Shown piece by piece: positions 53,427-63,636 of a DNA stretch of 64,000 nucleotides. Source of the stretch: Octopus sinensis (Eukaryota). The DNA lies in contig NC_043019.1 in assembly GCF_006345805.1 (NCBI RefSeq), forward strand, positions 12,585,360-12,649,359. Direction: 5' to 3'. Numbering within the stretch: the stretch's first letter is position 1; every line of letters begins with the position of its first letter. The notes under the pieces are model-generated. The model was not told the origin of the DNA and did no database searches. It saw only the letters and a list, made by a program, of their open reading frames with translations. The position numbers and the translations under genes are program-made.

Positions 53427-56400
53427 GTATTAGAAGGTTTGGAGATGATGTACAGGTATTATATATTAGAAGAAATGAGGTACTCAGAAATCTGGATGGT
53501 TTTATATTTACTGATTTTTATTAAAATGTCATGTTTTTATAAATCATATATTAGTGCTTGCATCCACTCTAGTGGATGAATCCACTAGAGTGGATGCAAG
53601 CGCTAATATATGATTTACAAAAACATGTGACTTATTAATAAAAGTCTGTAAATATAAAACCATCCAGATTTCTGAGTACCTTATTTCTTCTAATATATAT
53701 TTCTTCTTATAATATATAACAAAATAAAACAAAGAAAAAATTCTTACTAGTAATAGTCAAGATGGTTAGAATTGCAATTGTGTTACAGAGAGTGTCATGG
53801 TTCTTTGATTCCAATAAAGGAATCAAAGCTGGTATTGGTTGGCAGGGGTACACTTCAGCCTTGCAAGCTGTCAAAGAGAAAAAAAATATTATAAGTTGAT
53901 TTAAAAAAGAGAAAAAATATCTTAAATCTCTATGTGGAAAAAAAATGAATAAATAAATCCAAACAAATGTAAATATTGCTAATGACCAGAGCACAATGTG
54001 TGAACCGAATTCTTGACAATAAAGGTAAGATGTGAACTTTCACATTTGATAGACTATCTGTTTAACCATTTTGATGGATTGATTGATTGATTGAATGATA
54101 GATATATAGAGAACCAGATTCATAGAGAGATAGGCAGATGGAGAAGTAGACAGATAGAGGGATAAATAGATGGAGAGATGCACCCACTACACTCTCGGAG
54201 TGGTTGGCGTTAGGAAGAGCATCCAGCTGCAGAAACTCTGCCAGTTCAGATTAGAGCTTGGTGTAGCCATCTGGTTTGCCAGTCCTCAGTCAAATCGTCC
54301 AACCCATGCTAGCATGGAAAGCGGACGTTAAACGATGATGATGATGATGATGATAGACAGATGGAGAATAGATGGGCAGAGAGAAAGAAAGATGAACAGA
54401 TAGACAGACAGAGAGATGAACTGATAAATAGACAAAGAGGTAGGTAGAGAGAGAGAGAGAGAGACGAAGAGATAAGTAGATAGGCAGGCAGAGACAGATA
54501 GGCTGATAAGCAGGCAGCCAGCCAATCAGGCAGATAAAGACTGACAGAGACTGACAGACAGGCCAGCAGTCAGTCTGATAAATAGACAGTGAATTGTTTG
54601 TGTGAAAGACACAATGGAGTAAAAAGACAAAAAAAAAAACTGGTCATTGCCATAGGAGTGTCTGTGTGGTAAGTAGCTTGCTTACAAACCACATGGTCCC
54701 GGGTTCAGTCCCACTGTGTGGCACCTTGGGCAAGTGTCTTCCACTATAGCCTCAGTCGACCAAAGCCTTGTGAGTGGATTTGGTTGACGAAAACTGAAAG
54801 AAGCCCGTCGTACATATGTGTATATATATTTCTTCTCTCCTTGTTTTTTCTGCGTCCCTTTCTGTTGAAGAGCATAGGCTCGAAACATAAAAGACTTTTT
54901 CTATTCCTGAGCGTTATGCTAATACATCTGTTTGTTTTGTACACCACCTGTCTTCGTCTTTTGTTTTTTTCGTAAACTCTCCCTATATATATATAGTATG
55001 TGTGTCTGTGTTTGTTCCCCCAACATCGCTTGACAACCGATGCTGGTGTGTTTACATACCTGTAACTTAGCAGTTCGGCAAAAGAGACTGATAGAATAAG
55101 TACTAGGCTTACAAAGAATAAGTCCTGGGGGTCAATTTGGTCGACTAAAGGCGGTGCTCCAGCATGGCCACAGTCAAATGGCTGAAACAAGTAAAAGAGA
55201 GAGAGAGAGAGTCATTTTTACCTGGCATTCTCATCAAGAAGTTACTTAGAGCCTGTGTTGTGATTCTGTTGAGTCGGTCATCTTTCGTCCGCAATAAGTC
55301 TATGAGAGGTGACAGGGTGACACTTGTTGGGCAGTCATCAACTAAAACAACAAACATACATGGCAATAACTTAGATCCAGACTTGTATACAGTCATAATA
55401 ATGTAATAAAGAAATTTGTGGAGCAAGGTGATGTTGAACCCTTTTGTTACCATATTCCTATTGAAATACACTACCTTTTGTTTCATTTAATTTTTAAAAT
55501 AATGAAGAATTTAGTAAAACAAATTTGTCATTATTAAACTGCCGGTGGCACGTAAAAAGCGCCATCCGTATGCAGCCGATGCCAGTGCCGCTTTGACTGG
55601 CTTCCGTGCCGGTGGCACGTAAAAAGCACCAACCGATCGTGGCCGTTGCCAGCCTCCCCTGGCACCTGTGCCAGTGGCACGTAGAATGCATCCACTACAC
55701 TCACGGAGTGGTTGGCGTTAGGAAGGGCATCCAGCCGTAGAAACACTGCCAGATCAGACTGGAGCCTGGTGCAGCCTCTTGGCTTCCCAGACCCCGGTCG
55801 AACCATCCAACCCATGCTAGCATGGAAAACGGACGTTAAACGATGATGATGATGATGATGACTGATAGGAAATTTTTATGGAAGAAGATTTTAATTTAGA
55901 TCACTTCAAAACAGCTAATTTGTATCATAGAACCAAGGGGCAATCAACAGGTGAATTACGGAACTCATGACCAGGCTGACAAATAAACACACAAGCAACA
56001 TCATTACAATCTATTAATTAGCTTTACTTACTTCTTTCGCTAATCTCCAAATAAAAAAGGGCCGCTGATAATTGTAGTTCAATATTATCCGAGTAGATGA
56101 GAATACGTAATGAGATCAAATGTGGGAACTCGATGGTCAAAGTTTCCTCTGAAATAAAACAAAGCAATGTAGGTTCAATACCAATCAAAGTTAATCAAAT
56201 CACAAATCATTGATATTTTGACATTTTTTTTAAGGTAACTAACGAGAAGAATTCATAGCATGGTGGACAAAAATAGGGATCATGAGTGCAACACTAACCA
56301 CTAAGCTATGTGCCTTCACACCTTCACACACACGTGTACGTGTGTGTGTGTGTGTGTATGTGTATACATGTGTATGTGTGTGTGATTGCATGGCGTTTTG

Positions 56401-57509
56401 TCTATCTTTATGCTCTGGGTTCAAATTCCACTGAGGTCTAGTTTACCTTTCATTTTTTTTAGGGTCAATAAAATAAGTACCTGTTGAAAACTGGGGTTGA
56501 TGTAATTGACTCTTCCCACCCCTAAAATTGGTGGCCCTGTGCCAAAATTTGAAACCAGTATTTTAACATTTTAATATACATCGTTAATATTCTGTGTTGA
56601 TTAATATCAGTTGCATGTATTTGTACTTGTGGCGACATTCCCCTTGGGCGGGTTGAGTCGGCTTCTTCTACTCATGGAAGAAGTTTCGTGGGAATATGTG
56701 GATTTCACAAGCGGTCCCCAACAATCCCGCATGTGGAGACATCCTGTTTGCCGCAGATTGTCCGCAGACGCAAGGACAGAATGACCGAGGAGCAGTCGGT
56801 TGCCGAAGCAGACACTCTGAGGATTTTCACCAGAGCCCCGTCTGCCGGGTTGTGGGCCTAATACCACTCGGTGTCAGACCAATCCGCCTTGGGTGGCCCT
56901 ACCAGGAACCGAAGTTCCCGACGGCATAGCTCTGACACTACCCGTTGCCAGCGTCCCCACCACGGTGAGTCCTTGCCTTAGTTTGAACCTGGAACTTGTT
57001 TTTTTCTCTCCAATTAGGAAAACGGTTTTGTGGTTGGGAAACTCACTTTGTAATCACTTAGTTTTAGAGTTCAGTCCTGCTGCACAGTACCTTGAGCAAG
57101 TATCTTCAATAATAGCCCCAGGCTGACAAATGCCATGTGAGTGGATTTCATAGATGAAAACTGTAAGGAAGCCTGTCCTCTGTGTGTATGTGTGTGTGAT
57201 GTGATTGAGCAGACTATTGGATGTTGTTATACATCGCTGATCACAATGTGCTTCGCATCGCTTTAGCATTTGAATGGTACCACCCCTCTGGCTTGGTGAG
57301 CAGGTCAACATTCTCCTTGATTGAGGGCTGTTCTGTGACAGGGTTTAACCATTTATAGCTGAGTGGACTGGAGCAACAAGAAATGAAGTGTTTTGCTCAA
57401 GAAGACAACCTGCTGCTCAGACAGGGAATTGAACCCACAATCTAGTGATCATGAGTGCAACACTCTAACCACTAAGCTATGTGCCTTCACACCTTCACAC
57501 GCACGTGTA

Positions 57510-57556
<47 letters not shown>

Positions 57557-58174
57557 ATGCTTCTGTGTGTGTCCATGTGAGTATGTATGTGTATACACGT
57601 GTGTTTGCATGTGTGTGTATGTGTATGTCTCTGTATGTGTGTGTGTGCTTTGTTTGTTCCTTACCACAGCTTGACAACCAGTGTTGGTTGGTTTATGTCC
57701 CTCATAACTTAGTGGTTTAGCAAAAGAGACTGCTAGAATAAGAACCAGACTTAAAAAAAATGAAAAACTAATTACTAGTAGTGATGTGTTCAACCAAAAG
57801 CCCTTCAAAGCAGTGCTCCAGTATGGCCGCAGTCCAATGAGTGAAACAAGTAAAAAAATAAAAGACTTGATGTTCTAACAACAACAACAACATCATTATC
57901 ATCATCATCATCAGCTGTTTCCAAGGGACCAAATTATTTACTGACCTGTCTCCAAATAGCGCAACAGATTCACAAGGGCCTGCTTCTCCATCTCTGACGG
58001 CTCGTGGTCATAAAGATTTCCTATGAAACCAAACTGCTTGTTGTCAGCATAGCAACAGCCGCAGGTGATGAAATGAAACAAGCATTTGAGAATATACTGG
58101 ACACTATTTCGGACACTGTCCAGTACCTTCTTGGTCTTGGATTTCTCTGTTATCAGATGTGACAAATCACATTC
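42903..58174 (-). CDS. VAC8: Vac8-like armadillo-repeat protein gene (13 exons, 585 codons + stop; start exon uncertain)
   Basis: Thirteen GT-AG exons totalling 1758 nt join in one frame. They are collinear with yeast Vac8 as I recall it: EKQALVNLLRYLE ~ EREAVTLLLGYLE; IYSDNIELQLSAALFYLEISER ~ [36 protein letters not shown] ~ DVQYYCTTALSNIA; CLLTLRNLASD ~ ATLALRNLASD; FIHLALWTI ~ FEHIALWTI. Confidence 0.87.
44461..44589 (-). CDS. VAC8: Vac8-like exon (IITDTQKERSLPYIIQYLHDFLRSNDANFIHLALWTIKKLTK)
   Basis: Acceptor ttcctctccag, donor AAG|gtaaga; phase 1 to 1. Confidence 0.9.
44944..45078 (-). CDS. VAC8: Vac8-like exon (EDVRYHLAQTKNGKVFQALVMLATQSSSPELQYNCAGTLCQILIE)
   Basis: Acceptor catttcacag, donor AAA|gtgagt; phase 1 to 1. 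Confidence 0.9.
46285..46396 (-). CDS. VAC8: Vac8-like exon (IIKLKCLAILIGILMVPKCNINVLVEVTGSVSILAAE)
   Basis: Acceptor ttccctttcag, donor AAG|gttaga; phase 0 to 1, bridges the neighbouring exons. Confidence 0.82.
47251..47376 (-). CDS. VAC8: Vac8-like exon (VKFVSEEFLSDLGNILHDSTNPDAQHSSASIIRNLVDGEYMK)
   Basis: Acceptor gtgttgacag, donor AAG|gtaagt; phase 0 to 0. Confidence 0.87.
47400..47980. repeat. Diverged ~28-30 bp minisatellite
   Basis: Recurrent AAAGTTGAGCTGGTAATACA-like motif, roughly 20 copies. Confidence 0.7.
48340..48476 (-). CDS. VAC8: Vac8-like exon (LNQEELAMGGAIEKIHKIIQSTKSQEILSLALCCLRNLSNFEANQ)
   Basis: Acceptor ttcattgcag, donor CAG|gttagt; phase 1 to 0. Confidence 0.9.
49487..49532 (-). 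CDS. VAC8: Vac8-like 46-nt exon (VTGQCLLTLRNLASD)
   Basis: Acceptor ttcatttcag, donor ATG|gtaaga; phase 0 to 1. Confidence 0.9.
49560..50915. repeat. Cryptic GAT- and CAA-rich triplet low-complexity tracts flanking a Vac8-like exon
   Basis: GAT/GGT-rich 49560-50220 and CAA/ACA-rich 50520-50915; similar GAT tracts at 19690-20070 and 20890-21480. Confidence 0.9.
50225..50439 (-). CDS. VAC8: Vac8-like exon ([40 protein letters not shown]...SSESEK)
   Basis: Acceptor tctcattgtag, donor AAG|gtattt; phase 1 to 0. Confidence 0.9.
51617..51739 (-). CDS. VAC8: Vac8-like exon (NCRLEILAEDGVKPLLKTLHHKDLRVIRNAVGLIYNLTQL)
   Basis: Acceptor ctctttgcag, donor TGG|gtatgt; phase 1 to 1; ARM repeat. Confidence 0.9.
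51805..52060. repeat. G-rich 13-14 bp minisatellite (GGGGTTGGGCGAG)n
   Basis: About 18 copies, visible directly. Confidence 0.9.
52340..53078 (+). mobile_element. SINE/RTE-tail element ending in (GAT)n, with a triplicated ~160-bp internal block
   Basis: Ends ...AACCCATGCTAGCATGGAGAACGGACGTTAAAAACGACGATGATGATG. Related copies at 13800-14008, 14158-14365(-), 36925-37072(-), 45870-46220, 48680-49010, 54177-54353, 55540-55863, 58428-58990(-). Confidence 0.75.
53139..53197 (-). ncRNA. Type I hammerhead-like motif
   Basis: On minus: ATAA-CTGAAGA-GATG...CATCC-GAAAC-TCAGA-GTT^TTGT; intact core boxes, 3-bp stem III. Confidence 0.62.
53231..53289 (+). ncRNA. Degenerate hammerhead-like motif (inverted partner of 53139-53197)
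   Basis: ATAA-CTGAAG-GGATG...CATCC-AAAAC-TCAGA-GTT-TTAA; A9 and G12 altered, probably inactive. Confidence 0.45.
53461..53698. repeat. Near-perfect ~240-bp palindrome (fold-back/MITE-like)
   Basis: Arms 53461-53577 and 53580-53698, 2-nt spacer GA. Confidence 0.9.
53748..53867 (-). CDS. VAC8: Vac8-like exon (ACKAEVYPCQPIPALIPLLESKNHDTLCNTIAILTILTIT)
   Basis: Acceptor tctttgacag, donor TA|gtaaga; phase 1 to 1. Confidence 0.88.
55222..55341 (-). CDS. VAC8: Vac8-like exon (DDCPTSVTLSPLIDLLRTKDDRLNRITTQALSNFLMRMP)
   Basis: Acceptor ttgttttag, donor CAG|gtaaaa; phase 1 to 1. Confidence 0.88.
56032..56148 (-). CDS. VAC8: Vac8-like exon (EETLTIEFPHLISLRILIYSDNIELQLSAALFYLEISER)
   Basis: Acceptor ttttatttcag, donor AA|gtaagt; phase 1 to 1; too short for the ORF track. 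Confidence 0.9.
57946..58174 (-). CDS. VAC8: Vac8-like exon (ECDLSHL...HFITCGCCYAD...EMEKQALVNLLRYLET)
   Basis: Acceptor ttgtttgccag, donor CAG|gtcagt; phase 0 to 1. Confidence 0.85.
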
Positions 58175-59221
58175 CTGGCAAACAAGAAAATACATTCATG
58201 ATATTAGTAGTAGTAATAACAGTAGTAGTAGTAGTAGTGGTGGTGGTGGTGGTGGTCATCTTAGCAGTAGTGGTAGAAGTTGTGGTGGTAGAGGCAGTAT
58301 TGCTGTTATGGTTATAGTGGTGGTGGTGATGTGGTGGTAGTGATAGTGGTAGTAGTAGCAAGTTGTAGTAGTACTATTGCTGTTATGATGACAGTAGTAG
58401 TAGTAGTGGTGGTGGTGATGGCCATCATCCTCATCATCAGCATTTAACGTCCGTTTTCCATGCTGGCATGGGTTGGACGATTTGACTGAGGTCTGGCGAA
58501 CCAGATGGCTGCACCAGGCTCCAATCTTGATTTGGCAGAGTTTCTACAGCCAGATACCCTTCCTAACACCAACCACTCTGAGAGTGTAGCAGGTGCTTTT
58601 ACGTGCCACCAGCACGAGGGACAGTCAGGCAGTACTGGCAACGGCCATGCTCAAATGGTGTTTTTACATGCCACCTGCACAGGAGCCAGTCCAGCGGCAC
58701 TGGCAATGACCTCGCTCAAATGTTTTTTCACGTGTCACCAACACAAGTGCCAGTAAGGCAACACTGGTAACACTGGTAACAATGGTGCTTTTTATGTGCC
58801 ACTAGCATAGAAGCCAGTTAGCTGCTCTGGCGATGATCATGCATAGATGGTGCTCTTAGCGCTTCACTGGCACGGATGCCAGTCATCGAATTTGATTTCG
58901 ATTTCACTTGTCTCAACAGGTCTTCGCACACCGAGTTTAGTGTCCAATGAAGGAAAGGTATGCATAAGTAGGTTGGTTACACCCCTGGCATAGGCCAGGA
59001 GTAGTGGTAATGTTAGTAGTGGTATTGATAGCAGTGGGGGTACAGTGATAGGAGTAATAGTAATGAGGAGAAGGAGGAGTAGAAATAAAGTAAAGGAAGA
59101 GAAAAACACCAGTGATGAGGAGGAGGGGGAGGATGATGACGATGACTACATACAACGCATGATCTGAATCTTTAATCTTTTCATTCAGTTTCAACTCTCT
59201 ACCTGCAACCATTATATTTAC

Positions 59222-59275
59222 CTGACTTGGGATGATCCCAGCCCAATGAAGCAAGGGCATGAAGCAAGCTAGCAT
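59222..59275 (-). CDS. Possible first coding exon of the Vac8-like gene (MLACFMPLLHWAGIIPSQ)
   Basis: ATG plus a strong phase-0 donor CAG|gtaaat that fits the next exon. No homology support, and it abuts a SINE remnant. Confidence 0.3.
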
Positions 59276-62200
59276 TCGTTATACAATAATGTAGGACAGC
59301 AGTGGGGTCGATGTAATCTGCTAGTCCCCTTCCCCAAAATTTCAGGCTTTGTGCCCTTAGGAGAAAGGGATTATTATCCCTGTCATAGCGAAGGTGGAGA
59401 TATTGTTTTCAGTAATGTTTGTTTGTGGACAAAATATCTCAAAAACCATTGGATAAATCTGGATGAAACTTTCAGGGATGTTTGGCCTCATGACTGGCAT
59501 GAACGGATTGTATTTTGGGATCGATCCAGTTCTGGACAGGGATTCTGGATTATTTGTTCTATTTACTTTACATGAAGTATTATGATCTTACATTCACTTT
59601 CAAGTCTTTCTCCGATTGTCTCCCTTCAAAGCATGCTCATGGTTTCCATGTAAGTTATGGCAGCATTGCTCTTTCCAAAGTTTTATTTTCGTTTCCCTAT
59701 TATTAATTTTACTCGCATCTCTATCTTAGTAGAAACTGATGGATTAAGAAATCAAACTACATAAACAAATGGCAGCAAAATCATTCAGAAATTAAATAAC
59801 ACTAAACTATTCAGTAACAATAATAAGTTTAATTTATCTTTGACGATTTTTAGTTTTACCAATTTTTAATATATCACTCCTGCTATAGGGTGTGGTAGTA
59901 TCCCAGTTGGAAACCACTGGCATTGAGGTACCTTCAATAACTCTTGTTGTTGAGCTCTAGATCAGCTCTGATTGAGTAGACCTAAGATCAAAGGAAATCC
60001 AAGCATAACCATCCTGTTGAAGGATGTGCCATGTAGGACTAGATTATCTAACAGGTCCTTTAAGAAATTAAGATGCGATTTGAAGAAGGTTTGTCTGATA
60101 TCTCTAGCAGCTCTGGTGATTATATAGAGACTAGCTTCCAAGTCAGCCTTAATCAAAGGAAATCTAGACATGACCATCCTATCTTGCTAATGTACCCTTC
60201 TTTTACTTTAGACAATAAGGTGTAATCTGAAGAAGATTTGACTATTATTTCTAGCAGCTCTGGTGACCTATAGAAGCTCAATCATGTTGCTGTTTAGCCC
60301 CGTGTCAGCTCTTATCAAGCAGACCTATAATCAAAGGAAATCCACATCTGACCATCCTGTCTTAGTACTATGTAGGGCTAGACTATATTATATAGTGTAC
60401 TCTTTCTTTGAAGAAAATTTGACTGTTATTTCTAGCACCTCTGATGACCACATAAAGGTTTGGATCTTGTCCAGCACACAATAAGCAACAACAACAACAA
60501 CAATGACCAGTTTAAAGAACAACTCTTGACAGTTATTGTTTAGTATACTGTGGGATGTAGTGGGAGGAAGGGTGTGATGAGAGAGGGGAAGTCAGAGCTC
60601 AACAAGGCCAGGAGTGAGAGTGGGGGTGGGGGGGGCATGGCCGGATGGATGGATGGATGGTGGTGGTGGTGGTGGTGGTGGTGGTGATAGGTGTGTGTCT
60701 GTGTGTCACAAGACCACCAAGAAGACAAGGGATGTCACTACGGTGAAATGGTTATAATTAGAGAATTTTAGGTGCTAATTGCTAATTAGAGGTCAAAGGC
60801 ATACACACACATATGTGTGTGTGTGCGTGTGTGTGTGTGTACGTTTATATGTGTGTGTGTGTGTGTGTGTACGTTTATATGTGTGTGTGTGTGTGTGTAC
60901 GTTTATATGTGTGTGTGTGTGTGTGTGTACGTTTATATGTGTGTGTGTGTACGTTTATATGTGTGTGTGTGTACGCTTGTATCTGTACATTTATATGTGT
61001 ATGTGTGTGTATGTCTGAGTATGCATGAACATGTGTGTGTGCATATGTATGTGTGTGCATGTTTGTATGTATGTGTATGTTTGTATGTGTGTGTGTATAT
61101 TTGTGTGTGTGTGTATATTTGTATGTGTGTGTATATTTGTGTGTGTGTGTATATTTGTGTGTGTGTGTATGTTTGTATGTGTGTGAATATTTGTGTGTGT
61201 GTGAATATTTGTGTGTGTGTGAATATTTGTGTGTGTGTGTGTATGTTTGTATGTGTGCTTTGTCATTGTCCACGTGTGTGTGTGTGTGTGTGCGTGCAAT
61301 GTTTATGTGCCTGTGTGTGTTTGCATATGTATGTTTGTTTGTTTTGACATAGTCCACATGTATGTGTGTCTGCTTTATGTGTGAGTAAATTTCCTGTGTA
61401 TACATATGTTTATGTGTGTGTGTGTCCCAACTTCGCTTGACAACCGATGCTGGTGTGTTTATGTCCCCATAACTAAGCGGTTCGGCAAAAGAGACCGATA
61501 GAATAAGTACTAGTCTTCCAAAGAATAAGTCCTGGGGTCGATTTGCTCGACTAAAGGCTGTGCTCCAGCATGCCCACAGTCAAATGATTGAAGAGAATTA
61601 CACCTTATTTTTTTTAAAAAAAGAAGCACATTGGATAATGTAATCCTAGGTAGATGATGTCTGGGTGGAAACAAGAAAGCAAAATGATGAAATAGCCATA
61701 GTTGGTTGTGGGTGTTTTAATCACAGGCCTAATTAATTAAGGTTGATAGATTGATGGTTTGAGCAGTTTTTTTTGTAAAGGTGCCAAGTGTCATACGATA
61801 GCGGAAATGCTTAAATTTATTCACTGCAAGGAAAAATAAATACATAAACAAATATTCATAAATAAATAAATAAATAACTAAATAAATAAATACATATACA
61901 TGTGGCTGGGTGGTAAGATGCTTGCTTCCCAACTACGTCGTTCCAGGTTCAATCTCATGGTGTGGCACCTTGAGCAAATGTTTTCTACTATAGCCTTGGT
62001 CTGACCAAAGCCTTTTGAGTGGATTTGGTAGAAGGAAACTGAAAGAAGCCCGTTGTATGTGCATGTGTGTGGTGTGTGTGTATGTGTATATATATATGTG
62101 GAGGTGCAATGACCCAGTGGTTAGGGCAGCAGACTCGCAGTCGTAGGATTGCAGTTTCGATTCCCAGACTGGGCGTTGTGAGTGTTTATTGAGCGAAAAC

Positions 62201-62382
62201 ACCTAAAGCTCTACGAGGCTACGGCAGAGGGTGGTGACGATCTCTGCTATACTCTTTCTTCTTCTGTTGGCCTGCTCGCTTAGCCAGCGGGGTGGCGTCA
62301 TTCGAAGGCTAAAACAATGCGAAGCGCATTGTGACCAGCGATGTGTAACAACATCTGATAGACTGGTCGGCCACGCTGATCA

Positions 62383-62426
<44 letters not shown>

Positions 62427-62910
62427 AATAAATTATATACAAACATACACATATAAACAAATTACATACATACATACACACATAAACAATAGATTATATA
62501 CATACATGCACACATAATAGATTATATACAAACTCACACACACATAAACAAATTATATACATATATATATATACATATATATACACTCACATACATATAT
62601 ACACATATATGCATACATAAATATATAGACATATATACACACATATATACATACATGAATATATACACATATATACACACATATATACATACATAAATAT
62701 ATACACATATATACATAGATAAATATATACACATATATACATAGATAAATATATACACATATATACATAGATAAATATATATACACATATATACATAGAT
62801 AAATATATATACACATATATACATAGATAAATATATATACACATATATATACATACATATATACACATATATACACATGTACATAAACAAATTATACATA
62901 AAACACAAAC

Positions 62911-62945
<35 letters not shown>

Positions 62946-63177
62946 CGCACACACACACACACATATATATAAACAATAAATTATATACACACACAACACA
63001 CATACATATATAAGAAACATGCATATAAATAAAAACATACACATGTATAAATAGACATCTAATAACACACACGATAAATATGCATACATATATTGATTAG
63101 AGGGAAAAGGAAAACCAAGGCAGAACAAGTATCTCAAGTCATTTAGAATAATTTGATTACGGTAAGGCGAATTTGAA

Positions 63178-63253
63178 GCCTTACAGCTGTTTCTGGGATA
63201 ACCCAAGTGGTAGGTTAGCGTGTCCACACACTGGGTATTCCATCATCAGAGAC
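63178..63253 (-). ncRNA. Type I hammerhead ribozyme motif, inverted partner of 63561-63636
   Basis: On minus: GTCT-CTGATGA-TGG...CCA-GAAAC-AGCT-GTA^AGGC; palindromic AGCT stem III loop. Confidence 0.78.
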
Positions 63254-63560
63254 ATGTTATAAATATTTTAGACAGGGAAAATTTACAGTTTACAAGGAAT
63301 AAAATAGAAGAATAAAGGAATGATTCTCAGGTGATTTTTAACTAAAGACCTGTATCTTCATGGAAGTACCGACCAACATCCATATCTTCTGGAAAAAGAC
63401 GAGTTATGAACATTATTCTCCTGTCTATATTCTTCTAACTACCTTTACATTTTATTTTCCTATTTTCTCCTTTATTCTTCCACTTTATTCTTTATAAACT
63501 GTGAATATATTTTATTCCTTGTAAACTGTAAATTTTCCCTGTCTAAAATATCCATACCTT

Positions 63561-63636
63561 GTCTCTGATGATGGAATACTCAGTGCATGGACATGCTAAC
63601 CTACCACTTATGTTAATCCAGAAACGGCTGTAAGAC
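63561..63636 (+). ncRNA. Type I hammerhead ribozyme motif (Penelope-like element type)
   Basis: GTCT-CTGATGA-TGGA[41 nt]TCCA-GAAAC-GGCT-GTA^AGAC: intact core, 4-bp stem I, 4-bp stem II base, minimal stem III; predicted cut after 63632. Confidence 0.8.

Noticed and set aside
56607-56867. Minus ORF SVLASADNLRQTGCL as the Vac8 SDNL exon
   Set aside because: It has no usable splice sites, and the exon at 56032-56148 matches far better and fits the phases.
59150-59201. GRELKLNEKIKDSDHAL as a Vac8-like exon
   Set aside because: The best donor (TT|gtatgt) gives phase 2, which introduces a stop in the next exon, and the acceptor is weak.
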